Below are positions 8,458 to 18,844 of a stretch of DNA of 64,000 bases, one piece after another. The notes below the pieces were generated by a model. The model ran no database searches. It saw only the letters and a list, made by a program, of their open reading frames with translations, and was not told the origin of the DNA. The stretch is from Anaerolineae bacterium. Its GTDB lineage: Bacteria; Chloroflexota; Anaerolineae; S140-20. Each line of letters begins with the position of its first letter. The stretch's first letter is position 1. Location: contig JALUTT010000092.1 of NCBI GenBank assembly GCA_027021705.1, positions 53,031-117,030 of the forward strand. Reading direction: 5' to 3'. The position numbers were made by a program, and so were the translations under genes.

Positions 8458-9801
8458 ATGGCCCTGACGGGAATCCAGATCTACAAGCTTCTGCCCAAGA
8501 CCAACTGCAAGGATTGCGGCTTCCCCACCTGCCTGGCTTTCGCCATGAAGCTGGCCGCCAAACAGGTGGAACTCTCCGCTTGCCCCCACATCAGCGAGGA
8601 GGCCAAGGCGGTCCTCGCCGAGTCCGCCTCTCCGCCCATCCGGCTGGTGACCCTCAAGGCCGATGGTTACGAGGTCAAGGCGGGCAACGAGGTGGTCCTC
8701 TTCCGCCACGAGAAGAAGTTCTACCACAAGCCTGGCTTCTTCATCCGGGTGCGTGATGATGCCTCCTTGGACCAGATCAGGGAGAGGGTAGCCGCCACCG
8801 ATGCCTACACTGTGAACTACGTGGGGATGGACCTGACGCTGGACGGCTTCGCTGTGGAGTCGGCCTCCGGCGACCCGACCACCTTCTCCCAGGCGATCAG
8901 CGCGGTCCGGGCCGTCAGCCAACGCCCCCTCATCCTGATGAGCCGGGACCCGGGGGTGATGGCGGCCGGCCTCCAGGCAGTGAATGGTGAGGCCCCCCTC
9001 ATCTACGCCGCCGACGCCGACAACTGGGAGGCGATGGCCGACCTGGCCAAGCAGCACCAGGCTCCCCTGGCCGTCTTCGCCGACTCCCTGGAGGGGCTGG
9101 CCGACCTGACCCAGAAGATCAAGGCCAAAGGTGTGGAGGATATGGTCCTGGACCACGGGGCGCGGGACCTGGGCACATCCCTTGCCCGCAACACCGTGAT
9201 CCGCCGCCTGGCCCTGAAGAAGACCTTCCGTCCCCTGGGCTATCCCATCATCGCCTTCCCCGGCGACGCCGGCGATGCAGCCTGGGAAGCGATCTTGGCC
9301 GCCCACGCCGTCGCCAAGTACGCCGGTTTCATCGTCCTGGACCACACCGCGCCGGAGATGCTCTACCCGCTGCTGGTCCTGCGGGAGAACATCTACACCG
9401 ACCCGCAGAAGCCAATCCAGGTCCAGCCCGGCCTCTACGAGATCAACGACCCCTCGCCGGAGGACCCGGTCCTGGCGACCACCAACTTCAGCATCACCTA
9501 CTTCAGCGTAGCCAATGAGGTGGAAGGGGCCGGCCTGCCCGCCTGGCTCCTGGTGACCGATGCCGAGGGGATGAGCGTCCTCACCGCCTGGGCGGCGGGC
9601 AAGTTCGACGCCGAGCGCATCGCCAAGGATGTCCGGCGCTTCCACGTCCCCGACAAGGTCCATCGCAAGCGGATCGTCATCCCCGGCCACGTGGCGGTCA
9701 TCTCCGGGGAGCTGGAGGAAGAGCTGCCCGACTGGGAGGTGCGCGTTGGCCCTCGGGAGGCGGTGGACCTGCCCACCTATATGAAAGAGGCCCTCGTGTG
9801 A
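8458..9801 (+). CDS. acsC: Corrinoid iron-sulfur protein large subunit
   Basis: LPKTNCKDCGFPTCLAFA...CP; TTNFSITYF; SVLTAWAAGKF. Confidence 0.96.
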   Translation: MALTGIQIYKLLPKTNCKDCGFPTCLAFAMKLAAKQVELSACPHISEEAKAVLAESASPPIRLVTLKADGYEVKAGNEVVLFRHEKKFYHKPGFFIRVRDDASLDQIRERVAATDAYTVNYVGMDLTLDGFAVESASGDPTTFSQAISAVRAVSQRPLILMSRDPGVMAAGLQAVNGEAPLIYAADADNWEAMADLAKQHQAPLAVFADSLEGLADLTQKIKAKGVEDMVLDHGARDLGTSLARNTVIRRLALKKTFRPLGYPIIAFPGDAGDAAWEAILAAHAVAKYAGFIVLDHTAPEMLYPLLVLRENIYTDPQKPIQVQPGLYEINDPSPEDPVLATTNFSITYFSVANEVEGAGLPAWLLVTDAEGMSVLTAWAAGKFDAERIAKDVRRFHVPDKVHRKRIVIPGHVAVISGELEEELPDWEVRVGPREAVDLPTYMKEALV

Positions 9802-9805
9802 CCCT

Positions 9806-11722
9806 ATGGCTGAACACCTCGTCCAGTTCGACGGTAGAGAACCGGTGCGCGTGCCCACGGGCACGCTGCTGATCGAGGCAGCCCGGCTGGCCGGGGTGGA
9901 GATCCTCCAACCCTGCGGCGGTCAGGGACGGTGTGGCCGCTGTGCTGTCCAGGTGGTTAACGGTGACGTGCGCCGCCGCAGCACCCTGCGCCTCTCGCCC
10001 GAGGACGTGGCCCAGGGCTATGCCCTGGCCTGCCAGTCGGTGGTCGAGGGAGATGTCACCGTCATCGTGCCGCCCCAGGAGAAGCTGGAGCGGCGGCTGA
10101 CCACCGATCGCACCGTCGCCGAGGTCACCGTCCCGGCCGGCTACGACCCCCAGACCGCCCAGACCATCCGCCGGATCGCCCTCACCCTCCCGCCCCCCAG
10201 CCTGGACGACCAGACGGACGACTGGAGCCGCCTCCAGACGGCCCTCCGGCGGCAGGCCGGCATCGCCGAGGTCCAGATCTCCCTGCCGCTCCTGCGGCGC
10301 ATCGGGCCGGTGCTGCGGGAGGGGGCGTGGCGGGTGACGGCGGTCCTGGACACGATGGCCTGGGACTGCCCCGGCTGTCCCGCCCGTCTGATTGACCTGC
10401 GCCCCGGCCACGAGCCGGAGGATGCCCCCCTGTGGGGAGCCGCCGTGGACGTGGGCACCACCACCGTCACCGTCTGGCTGGTGGACCTGCTGACCGGTCA
10501 GGTGCGGGCTCAGGTGGCCGAGTACAACCGCCAGATCACCCGGGGCGAGGACGTCATCTCCCGCATCATCTACGCCAGCAAGAACAACGGCGGCGAGGAG
10601 ATGCGGGCCCTGGCCTTGGAGACCATCAACGAGCTGCTGGACCGGGCCTGCAAGCGGACCCGGGCCAAGCCGGAGGAGATCGTCAAGGTCACCATCGCCG
10701 GCAACAGCACGATGATGCACCTGCTCCTGGGCATCCCGGCCGAGAGCATCCGTCTGACGCCTTTCGTGACGGTGGTGAACCATGTGCCCACCCTCCGCGC
10801 CCAGGAGGTCGGCCTGCTCGCCCACCCCGAGGCGACGGTGGACTGCCTGCCGGGCGTCGCCAGCTACGTCGGGGCCGACATCACGGCCGGCGTCCTCGCC
10901 GCCGGCCTGGACGAGACCGATCAGGTTACCCTCTTCATGGACATCGGCACCAACGGGGAGACGGTGCTGGGGACCCGCGACTGGCTGGTCACCTGCGCAT
11001 GCTCGGCCGGCCCCGCCTTCGAGGGCGCCGGCGTCCTCCACGGGATGCGGGCCACCCGGGGGGCCATCGAGGAGGTCTGGATCAACAGCCAGACCTACGA
11101 GCCCACCTACCGGGTCATCGGGAACGTCCCGCCCCGGGGCCTGTGCGGCAGCGGCCTCATCTCCCTACTGGCCGAACTCTTCCTGACCGGGGTCCTGGAC
11201 CGGCGGGGGAACTTCAACGAGAGCCTGGACACCCCCCGCATCCGCAAGGGGGCCCACGGCCTGGAGTACGTGGTCGCCTGGGGGGAGGAGACGGCCACCG
11301 GCCGGGAGATCGTCCTGACGCGGGTGGACGTGGACAACCTGATGCGGGCCAAGGCGGCCATCTACGCTGGCTTCACCGTCCTGGCCGACCAGGTGGGCGT
11401 TCCCCTGGAGACGGTCGAGCAGGTGCTCATCGGCGGGGCTTTCGGCAAGTACATCAACGTGGAGAAGGCGGTGGAGATCGGCCTGCTGCCGGACATGCCC
11501 TGGGACCGCTTCGAGTTCCTGGGCAACACCTCGGTGCGGGGGGCCTACCTGGCCCTGCTGGACTGGCAGGCCCGGCGGCGCATCAAGGAGATCGCCGCCC
11601 GGATGACCTACATCGAGCTCTCCGCCGACAACACCTTCTACGAAGCTTTTATGTCCGCCCTCTTCCTGCCCCACACCGAGCTCTCCCGCTTCCCCACGGT
11701 AGAAGCAGCGCTGGGGGGGTGA
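9806..11722 (+). CDS. acsV: Reductive activator of corrinoid protein (RACo; 2Fe-2S + ASKHA)
   Basis: PCGGQGRCGRC, DVGTTT, DIGTNGE, SAGPAFEG, GLCGSG. Confidence 0.92.
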   Translation: MAEHLVQFDGREPVRVPTGTLLIEAARLAGVEILQPCGGQGRCGRCAVQVVNGDVRRRSTLRLSPEDVAQGYALACQSVVEGDVTVIVPPQEKLERRLTTDRTVAEVTVPAGYDPQTAQTIRRIALTLPPPSLDDQTDDWSRLQTALRRQAGIAEVQISLPLLRRIGPVLREGAWRVTAVLDTMAWDCPGCPARLIDLRPGHEPEDAPLWGAAVDVGTTTVTVWLVDLLTGQVRAQVAEYNRQITRGEDVISRIIYASKNNGGEEMRALALETINELLDRACKRTRAKPEEIVKVTIAGNSTMMHLLLGIPAESIRLTPFVTVVNHVPTLRAQEVGLLAHPEATVDCLPGVASYVGADITAGVLAAGLDETDQVTLFMDIGTNGETVLGTRDWLVTCACSAGPAFEGAGVLHGMRATRGAIEEVWINSQTYEPTYRVIGNVPPRGLCGSGLISLLAELFLTGVLDRRGNFNESLDTPRIRKGAHGLEYVVAWGEETATGREIVLTRVDVDNLMRAKAAIYAGFTVLADQVGVPLETVEQVLIGGAFGKYINVEKAVEIGLLPDMPWDRFEFLGNTSVRGAYLALLDWQARRRIKEIAARMTYIELSADNTFYEAFMSALFLPHTELSRFPTVEAALGG

Positions 11723-11732
11723 GGGGATGGGA

Positions 11733-11815
11733 CAACGAATGGAGAACCGAGTCAACGAATTGGGGCGTCTGCCGCATCCGTTTATCTGTCCAGAATTCGT
11801 TGACTTCATTCGCTA
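11733..11815. repeat. ACGAAT/ATTCGT inverted-repeat element
   Basis: Perfect IR AGTCAACGAATT 11750-11761 / AATTCGTTGACT 11794-11805 plus outer arms. Confidence 0.65.
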
Positions 11816-11849
11816 ACCAAGCCGCCATCGGCGAGGAGGGATCGCACCT

Positions 11850-12788
11850 ATGTACATCATCGGCGAGAATATCCACATCGTCTCGGAGAAGGTCAAGCGG
11901 GCGCTCAAGGAGCGTGATGCCAAGTTCTTCCAGGACCTGGCCGTCCGCCAGGTGGAGGCCGGCGCTCAGGCCCTCGACATCAACCTGGGCCCGCGCAAGC
12001 GGGACTGGGAGGAGGTCTTCCCCTGGATCGTGAAGACGCTGGAGGCCGTTGTAGACGTGCCCCTCTGCATTGACAGCACCAATGTCCTGGGCATCGAGGC
12101 GGCCCTGAAGACGATCACCAAAGCCCAGCCCATCGTCAACTCCACCTCGGCGGAGCCGGAACGCTTGGAGAAGGTGCCGCCCCTGGCCAAGAAGTACAAC
12201 GCCCGGCTCATCGCCCTGACAATGGGCAAGAGCGGCATCCCCGTCTCCGCCGACGAGCGGGTGAGCATCGCCCTGGAGGTCCTGATCCCGCGCATGCTGG
12301 AGATTGACTTCCCCATCGAGGACCTGATCCTCGACCCGCTGATCCTGACCGTCTCAGGATGCCAGGAGTACTGCCCGGAGGCCATCGAGGCGGTGCGGAC
12401 GCTGCAGTATGCCTGGGACCCGCCGCCGGCCGTCTCGGTGGGGCTCTCCAACGTCTCCAACCGGGTGCCGGCCGAGAACCGCTCCCTCATCAACCGCGTC
12501 TACTGTGCCATGCTGATGGGCGCCGGCCTGAAGATGATGATCGCCAACCCCTTGGACGAAAAGCTCAAGGAGGTCATCCGCATCATCGAGGAGCGAGACG
12601 ACAGCACGCCGGTAGGACGCCTCTACCTCAAGATCCACGACCGCATCGCCGCGATGGAGGAGCCCTCCGCCGAGGACGTGGATATGGACGACCCCGAGCA
12701 GGTCGCCATCTGGAAGACGGTCCAGATCCTGCTCAACAAAGTGATCTACGCGGACTCCTACCTGCGTCAGGAGACCATCTCTGCCTAA
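11850..12788 (+). CDS. acsE: Methyltetrahydrofolate:corrinoid methyltransferase
   Basis: Pterin-binding barrel IIGENI, CIDSTN, LDPL, GLSNVS; operon context. Confidence 0.9.
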   Translation: MYIIGENIHIVSEKVKRALKERDAKFFQDLAVRQVEAGAQALDINLGPRKRDWEEVFPWIVKTLEAVVDVPLCIDSTNVLGIEAALKTITKAQPIVNSTSAEPERLEKVPPLAKKYNARLIALTMGKSGIPVSADERVSIALEVLIPRMLEIDFPIEDLILDPLILTVSGCQEYCPEAIEAVRTLQYAWDPPPAVSVGLSNVSNRVPAENRSLINRVYCAMLMGAGLKMMIANPLDEKLKEVIRIIEERDDSTPVGRLYLKIHDRIAAMEEPSAEDVDMDDPEQVAIWKTVQILLNKVIYADSYLRQETISA

Positions 12789-12819
12789 GGAAAGGACGGG
12801 GAGAGGAGGAACTGAAACG

Positions 12820-13608
12820 GTGACCACGACCATCGCCCTCGCCGGGAAAGGGGGGACCGGCAAGACGACCATCGCTTGTATGGTGATCAAGTACCTGCTC
12901 CGGCATCGGCCCGGCACCATCCTGGCCATTGATGCCGACCCCAGCAGCAACCTGCATATGGTCCTGGGGATGGACCTGGAGTGGACCATCGGCGAGATCC
13001 GCGAGGAGATGCTCCAGCAGGTCCAGAGCTCCGTGGCGGTCGGTGCCGGCGTGCTGCCGGGCGGCATGTCCAAGCGGGAGTACCTGGACTACGAGGTCCG
13101 CTCCTCGCTGGTGGAAGGGGACCGCGTGGACCTGATCGCGATGGGGCGACCCGAAGGCCCCGGTTGCTACTGCGCGGTGAACCACCTCCTGCGCCAGATC
13201 GTGGACGGCATCAGCCGCCACTACGACTTCGTGGTCATTGACAACGAGGCCGGGATGGAGCACCTGAGCCGGCGCACGACCCGCGACGTGGACTACCTGT
13301 TGATCGTGAGCGACCCCACCCAGCGGGGCATCGTGGCCGCTGAGCGGATCGCGGAACTGGGCAAAGAACTGGACATTCACATCAACCACACCTATCTGGT
13401 CCTCAACCGGCTGGTGGGGCCGATCCCGCCTCCCCTCCAGGCGCGGATCGAGGCCCTGGGGATCCCCCTGCTGGGGGTCGTCCCGGCCGACAGCCAGGTG
13501 ACCACCTTCGAGTTCAGCGGGCGCCCGCTGATCGAGATGGGGGACGATTCACCGGTCTACCAGGCTGTGGCCGCGATGATGGCCCAGATCCTTGGTCCAG
13601 CTACCTGA
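12820..13608 (+). CDS. cooC: CooC/AcsF nickel-insertion ATPase
   Basis: GKGGTGKTT, DADP, GCYC, DNEAGMEHLSR. Confidence 0.93.
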   Translation: MTTTIALAGKGGTGKTTIACMVIKYLLRHRPGTILAIDADPSSNLHMVLGMDLEWTIGEIREEMLQQVQSSVAVGAGVLPGGMSKREYLDYEVRSSLVEGDRVDLIAMGRPEGPGCYCAVNHLLRQIVDGISRHYDFVVIDNEAGMEHLSRRTTRDVDYLLIVSDPTQRGIVAAERIAELGKELDIHINHTYLVLNRLVGPIPPPLQARIEALGIPLLGVVPADSQVTTFEFSGRPLIEMGDDSPVYQAVAAMMAQILGPAT

Positions 13609-13614
13609 CCGTTG

Positions 13615-13719
13615 TCACCCTCCTGCAGGTCACCGGTCGGGGGCGCTTTCAGCCCCGATGGGCTATTTGAGGCACGGTTTCGCGTCGGAAACGCGCCTAA
13701 CCTGCGGGAGGGTGAACAG
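13615..13719. repeat. Family A ~115 bp hairpin element, copy 1
   Basis: Near-identical to 52244-52364 and 55759-55875; arms ACCCTCC(C/T)GCAGGT...ACCTGCGGGAGGGT. Confidence 0.85.
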
Positions 13720-13752
13720 TCGGTTAACTTTCGACACGTGGGAGAAGACACG

Positions 13753-16700
13753 ATGGGCGACAACGGACGGAGTGCACGGGGTGACGGGTTGCCGGTCGGC
13801 GCAGTGATGGTCATCGGCGGCGGGATCGCCGGGATGCAGGCTTCCCTCGACCTGGCCGACGCCGGCTACAAGGTCTACCTGGTGGAGAAGAAATCGGCCA
13901 TCGGCGGCCACATGGCCCAACTGGACAAGACCTTCCCCACCAACGACTGCGCCATGTGCACCATCTCCCCCAAGCTGGTGGAGGTGGGCCGTCACCGCAA
14001 CATCGAACTCCTCACCAACGCCGAGGTCCTGGACCTGCAGGGTGAGGCCGGGAACTTCACCGTCACGGTGCGCCGGAACCCCCGCTTCATTGACCCGGAG
14101 AAGTGCACCGCCTGCGGTGACTGCGCCAAGGTCTGCCCCGTCACCCTGCCCGACCTCTTCAACGAGGGGCTCTCCCAGCGCCGGGCCGCCTACAAGCTCT
14201 ACCCCCAAGCGACCCCCAACGCCTACGCCATCGAGAAGCGGGGAACCGCTCCCTGTCGGGATGCCTGTCCGGCGGGGCAGCGGGCTCAGGGCTACATCGC
14301 CCTCATCCGCGAGGGCCGCTACGAGGAGGCCCTACGGGTCATCAAAGAGGACAACCCCTTCCCCGCCATCTGCGGGCGCATCTGCAACCATCGCTGCGAG
14401 GAGGCTTGCAACCGGGGGCGGGTGGACGAGCCCGTCAACATCCACGTCCTGAAGCGGTTCGTGACCGATTGGGTCTACAGCCGCCCCCGCGTCCCCCCGG
14501 AGCCGGCGGAGCGCAAGTACCCGGAGCGGGTCGCCATCATCGGGGCCGGCCCCTGCGGCCTGACGGCGGCCCAGGACCTCTGCAAGATGGGCTACGGCGT
14601 GACCGTCTTCGAGGCGCTGCCCGTCGCTGGCGGCATGATGCGCGTCGGCGTGCCCGCCTTCCGCCTGCCCGACTGGATCATCGAGCGAGAGGTCCAGGAC
14701 ATCGTGGACCTGGGCGTGGAGCTGCGGTTGAACACCCGCGTGGAGAACCTGGACGACCTCTTCGCCCAGGGGTACAACGCCGTCCTCATCGCCGTCGGTG
14801 CCCACCGGGGCCGCAAGCTCCCCATCGAAGGGGCCGACCTGGAGGGGGTGCTGGTCAACACCGACTTCCTGCGGGAGGTGCGGCTGGGCAACCCGCCCGA
14901 CTTCTCCGGCAAGCGGGTGATGGTCCTGGGCGGCGGGAACGTGGCCGTGGACGTGGCCCGCACCGCCGTTCGGCTGGGGGCCGCCCAGGTCCACATGGCC
15001 TGTCTGGAGGAGCGGGAGACGATGCCCGCCCATCCCTGGGAGATCGAGGCCACGGAAGCTGAGGGCGTCATCCTCCATCCGGGCCGCGCCTTCAAGCGCA
15101 TCCTGGACGACGGTCACGGACGGGTGGCCGGCATCGAATGCCTCAAGGTCACCTTTATGGAGTTCGACGCCGAGGGGCGGCTGACGCTGGAGACGGAGCC
15201 CGGCTCCGAGCACGTGATCCCCTGCGACATCGTCATCTTCTCCATCGGCCAGCAGCCCGACCTCTCCTTCAACCCTTCGGAGGATGGCGTGGAGGTCACC
15301 CGGCGGGGCACCGTCGCCGTCAACCCGGAGACGCTGGCCGCCACCCGTCCGGGCGTCTTCGCCGCCGGCGACGCCATCACCGGCACCGCCTTCGTCATTG
15401 ACGCCATCGCCGCCGGCCACCGGGTCGCCCAATCCATCCACCGCTACCTGCGGGGGGAGCCGCTGGCCGAGGAGGAGAAGCCCTCCCTCCCCGTCGTGCG
15501 GATGAGCGAGGAGGAGGTCCAGGAAAAGCTCCAGGCGGGGGAGGTCCGGCCCCGCCCCCGGGTGCCCGTGGCCGAGCTGCCCGTCGCCGAGCGGGTCCGC
15601 AACTTCAACGAGGTGGAACTGGGCTACACCGAGGAGGAGGCCCGGACCGAGGCCCAGCGCTGCCTCCAGTGCGGCATCTGCTCCGAGTGCCTGAGCTGCT
15701 GGTACGAGTGCAAGGCGGGGGCCATCAACCACGACGAGGTGCCCCGCACCGAGGAGATCCGGGTGGGGGCCGTCGTCCTGGCCCCCGGCTACCAGGTCTA
15801 CCACGCCGAGCTCTCCGAGGAGTACGGCTGGGGCCGCTACCCCAACGTGGTCACCGCCCTCCAGTTCGAGCGGCTGCTGAGCGCCTCCGGCCCCACCCAC
15901 GGCCACGTCCTGCGCCCCTCCGACGGGAAGCCGGCCCGGAAGATCGCCTTCCTCCAGTGCGTCGGCTCCCGCGACCAGTCCCACGACTACTGCTCCTCCG
16001 TCTGCTGCATGTACGCGGCCAAAGAGGCGATCATGGCCCGGGAGCACGACCCCCGGGCCGAGGTCCACGTCTTCTTTATGGACACGCGGGCCTTCAGCAA
16101 GGGGTACGAGGCCTACTACCGTCGGGCCCAGGAGCAGTACGGCGTCCACTACGTCCGCTGCCGCATCTCCTCGGTCAAGGAGGACCCGGCGACCAAGAAC
16201 CTGATCCTGAAGTACGTGAGCAGCGAACCGGCGGAGGGGGAGGAGAACAGGCCGACGGGGCAGGTCCGGGAGGAAGCCTTCGACCTGGTGGTCCTCTCCG
16301 TGGGGATGGAGATCGCGCCGGAGGTGCGGGAGCTGGGCCGGCGGCTGGGCATCGAGCTGGACGACTACGGTTTCTGCCACACCGTCCAGTTCCAGCCCCT
16401 GGAGACCAGCCAGCCGGGCATCTACGCCGTCGGCCCCTTCCGGGAGCCCAAGGACATCCCGGAGACGGTGACGGAGGCCAGCGGCGCGGCGGCGCTGGCC
16501 GGCGGCCTGCTGGCCCCGGCCCGGGGGAGCCTGATCACGCCGCCCGAGTACCCGCCGGAGCGGGACGTGAGCGGTGAGGAGCCCCGCATCGGCGTCTTCG
16601 TCTGCCACTGCGGCTCCAACATCGGCGGCTTCCTCGACGTCCCCGCCGTCGCCGAGTACGCCCGGAGCCTCCCCTACGTCGTCCACGCCGAGGACAACCT

Positions 16701-18363
16701 CTACACCTGCTCCCAGGACTCCATCCGCCGCATCACCGAGAAGACGAAGGAGCTGGGGCTCAACCGGGTCGTCGTCGCCTCCTGCACCCCCCTGACCCAC
16801 GAGCCCCTCTTCCAGGACAGCATCCGCCAGGCCGGGCTCAACCCCTACCTCTTCGAGATGGCCAACATCCGCAACCAGTGCTCCTGGGTCCACTCCCACG
16901 ACCGGGAGGCAGCCACGGAGAAGGCGAAGGAGTTGGTGCGGATGGCGGTGGCCCGGGCCGCCCGGCTGGAGCCGCTGCACCGCATCACCGTGCCGGTGAC
17001 GAAGCGGGCCCTGGTCATCGGCGGGGGGGTGGCGGGGATGCACGCCGCCCTGGCCCTGGCCGAGCAGGAGATCGCCGTGGACCTGGTGGAACGGGAGGCG
17101 GAGCTGGGCGGCAACCTGCGCCACGTCCGCTACCTGCTGGAGACCCAGAACGGTCGCCTGCGGTGGCACGACGCCCGGACCTACCTGGAGGACCTGATCG
17201 CTCAAGTCACCGCCGACCCCCGCATCACCGTCCACCGGGAGACGGAGCTGGTGGAGACCCACGGCTACAAGGGGAACTTCACCTCGGTCCTGCGCACGCC
17301 GGAGAGGGAGATCACCGTTCAGCACGGGGCGACCATCGTGGCGACGGGGGCGCGGGAGTACCGGGGGCCGGAGTACGGCTACGGTCGCGACCCGCGCATC
17401 CTCACCCAGCAGGAGTTCGAGGCCCTCCTGGCAGCGGGGGAGGTCCGGCAGGGCGAAGAGGCGGTGGAGGCCCAAGAGCTGCCCCAGGACGTTGTGATGA
17501 TCCAGTGCGTGGGGCCGGCGGAGCGGTACTGTAGCCGCATCTGCTGCACGGTGGCCCTGAAGAACGCGCTGAAGCTGAAGGCGCTGAACCCCAAGGCCCG
17601 GGTCACCGTCCTCTACCGGGACCTGCGCACCTACGGCTTCAAGGAGCGGCTCTACACCGAGGCCCGGCGGACCGGCGTCCTCTTCGTCCGCTACGACGCC
17701 GACCACAAGCCCCAGGTCCGGCTGCCGGAGGGAGGGGATGGGGAGCAACCCCCGACCGACGAGCCGCTGGAGGTGCGGGTCTGGGAGCCGATGCTGGGCC
17801 GGGAGATGGTGCTGCACCCCGACCTGCTGGTGCTGAGCATGCCGATGGTGCCGGCCGAGGGGGCCGAGGAGTTGGCCAACCGGCTCAAGGTGGGGGTGGA
17901 CCTGGACGGCTGGCTGATGGAGGCCCACGTCAAGCTGCGCCCGGTGGACTTCTCCACCGAAGGGCTCTACATGGCCGGCGCAGCCCACTACCCCAAGCTG
18001 CTGGACGAGACCATCGCCCAGGCCCAGGCGGCGGCGGCGCGGGCGGCGACCATCCTGAGCCAAGACGCGCTGCCCGTGGGCGGCATCGTGGCCCAGGTGG
18101 ACCCCGAGGCCTGCGTGGGCTGCCTCACCTGCGTCCGCCTCTGCCCCTTCGGCGTCCCCCGGGTCCGAGACGACCTCACCGGCGTGGGGGCCATCGTGGG
18201 GGCGGCCTACATCGAGCCGGCCCAATGCCAGGGGTGTGGCCTCTGCGTCGCCGAGTGCCCTGCCCGCGCCATCCAGTTGATGCACTACCGCCACGAGCAG
18301 ATCGAGATCAAAGTGGCGGCGCTGCTGGAGCCCGCCGTACAAGCGATGAGGAGCATCCAATGA
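13753..18363 (+). CDS. hdrA: Large HdrA-like flavoprotein (HdrL type: two HdrA units with inserted GltD/NfnB-like NAD(P)H module)
   Basis: VIGGGIAG, LDKTFPTNDC, CGRICNHRCEEAC, IIGAGPCG, GGGNVAVD, FLQCVGSR, VFVCHCGSNI, second VIGGGVAG, terminal 2x[4Fe-4S]; ATG 13753 after GGAGAAG. Confidence 0.92.
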   Translation: MGDNGRSARGDGLPVGAVMVIGGGIAGMQASLDLADAGYKVYLVEKKSAIGGHMAQLDKTFPTNDCAMCTISPKLVEVGRHRNIELLTNAEVLDLQGEAGNFTVTVRRNPRFIDPEKCTACGDCAKVCPVTLPDLFNEGLSQRRAAYKLYPQATPNAYAIEKRGTAPCRDACPAGQRAQGYIALIREGRYEEALRVIKEDNPFPAICGRICNHRCEEACNRGRVDEPVNIHVLKRFVTDWVYSRPRVPPEPAERKYPERVAIIGAGPCGLTAAQDLCKMGYGVTVFEALPVAGGMMRVGVPAFRLPDWIIEREVQDIVDLGVELRLNTRVENLDDLFAQGYNAVLIAVGAHRGRKLPIEGADLEGVLVNTDFLREVRLGNPPDFSGKRVMVLGGGNVAVDVARTAVRLGAAQVHMACLEERETMPAHPWEIEATEAEGVILHPGRAFKRILDDGHGRVAGIECLKVTFMEFDAEGRLTLETEPGSEHVIPCDIVIFSIGQQPDLSFNPSEDGVEVTRRGTVAVNPETLAATRPGVFAAGDAITGTAFVIDAIAAGHRVAQSIHRYLRGEPLAEEEKPSLPVVRMSEEEVQEKLQAGEVRPRPRVPVAELPVAERVRNFNEVELGYTEEEARTEAQRCLQCGICSECLSCWYECKAGAINHDEVPRTEEIRVGAVVLAPGYQVYHAELSEEYGWGRYPNVVTALQFERLLSASGPTHGHVLRPSDGKPARKIAFLQCVGSRDQSHDYCSSVCCMYAAKEAIMAREHDPRAEVHVFFMDTRAFSKGYEAYYRRAQEQYGVHYVRCRISSVKEDPATKNLILKYVSSEPAEGEENRPTGQVREEAFDLVVLSVGMEIAPEVRELGRRLGIELDDYGFCHTVQFQPLETSQPGIYAVGPFREPKDIPETVTEASGAAALAGGLLAPARGSLITPPEYPPERDVSGEEPRIGVFVCHCGSNIGGFLDVPAVAEYARSLPYVVHAEDNLYTCSQDSIRRITEKTKELGLNRVVVASCTPLTHEPLFQDSIRQAGLNPYLFEMANIRNQCSWVHSHDREAATEKAKELVRMAVARAARLEPLHRITVPVTKRALVIGGGVAGMHAALALAEQEIAVDLVEREAELGGNLRHVRYLLETQNGRLRWHDARTYLEDLIAQVTADPRITVHRETELVETHGYKGNFTSVLRTPEREITVQHGATIVATGAREYRGPEYGYGRDPRILTQQEFEALLAAGEVRQGEEAVEAQELPQDVVMIQCVGPAERYCSRICCTVALKNALKLKALNPKARVTVLYRDLRTYGFKERLYTEARRTGVLFVRYDADHKPQVRLPEGGDGEQPPTDEPLEVRVWEPMLGREMVLHPDLLVLSMPMVPAEGAEELANRLKVGVDLDGWLMEAHVKLRPVDFSTEGLYMAGAAHYPKLLDETIAQAQAAAARAATILSQDALPVGGIVAQVDPEACVGCLTCVRLCPFGVPRVRDDLTGVGAIVGAAYIEPAQCQGCGLCVAECPARAIQLMHYRHEQIEIKVAALLEPAVQAMRSIQ

Positions 18364-18773
18364 CCGAGTTCACGCCGGAGATCGTCGCCTTCTGCTGTCG
18401 CCATTGTGCCTACGCTGCGGCCGACTTGGCCGGCTCGCTGCGCATCCAGTACCCGCCCAACGTCAAGGTCGTGGAAGTGCCCTGCACGGGCCGGCTGGAC
18501 ATCGTCGAGGTGCTCCACGCCTTCGAGCGGGGTGTGGACGGCGTGATGGCGGCCGGGTGACTGCCGGGCGACTGCCATTACCTGGAAGGTAATCTCAACG
18601 CCCGAAGGCGGGTCGAAACGATCAAGAAGCTGCTGGAGCAGATCGGCCTGGAGAAGGAACGGATCGAGATGTTCAACCTCTCCTCGGCCATGGGGGTCCA
18701 GTTCGCCGAGTACGCCACCGAGATGACCCGGCGCATCCGGGAACTGGGGCCGTCCCCTCTCCGTTCTCATTAG
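18360..18773 (+). CDS. mvhD: MvhD [2Fe-2S] subunit, selenocysteine at UGA 18558-18560 (137 aa)
   Basis: IVAFCCRHCAY...PCTG...GVMAAG-U-LPGDCHYLEGN...LGPSPL in one frame; overlaps hdrA stop (ATGA). Confidence 0.93.
18561..18604 (+). promoter_or_regulatory. Bacterial SECIS-like hairpin
   Basis: CGGGCG 18565-70/CGCCCG 18599-604 lower stem; ATTACC-TGGAA-GGTAAT 18577-93 apical stem-loop. Confidence 0.8.
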
Positions 18774-18823
18774 CGAATTGCAGATTGCGAATTGCAGATT
18801 GCAAATTGCAGATTGCAAGTTGC
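18773..18823. repeat. Heptamer tandem tract (RATTGCR)n
   Basis: gcgaattgcagattgcgaattgcagattgcaaattgcagattgcaagttgc. Confidence 0.9.
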
Positions 18824-18844
18824 CATCCGCCCAGGGAGGTCGTG

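Noticed and set aside
13612..13752. N-terminal extension of HdrA
   Set aside because: Translation of the family A repeat; RBS supports ATG 13753
14332..18360. 1342-aa antisense ORF (likewise 7102-9864, 44417-46909, 56016-58601)
   Set aside because: Shadow frames of high-GC genes; no recognisable motifs
18225..18773. mvhD as a truncated gene or pseudogene
   Set aside because: The stop is a TGA at a conserved Cys position, the downstream frame is intact and a SECIS-like hairpin follows
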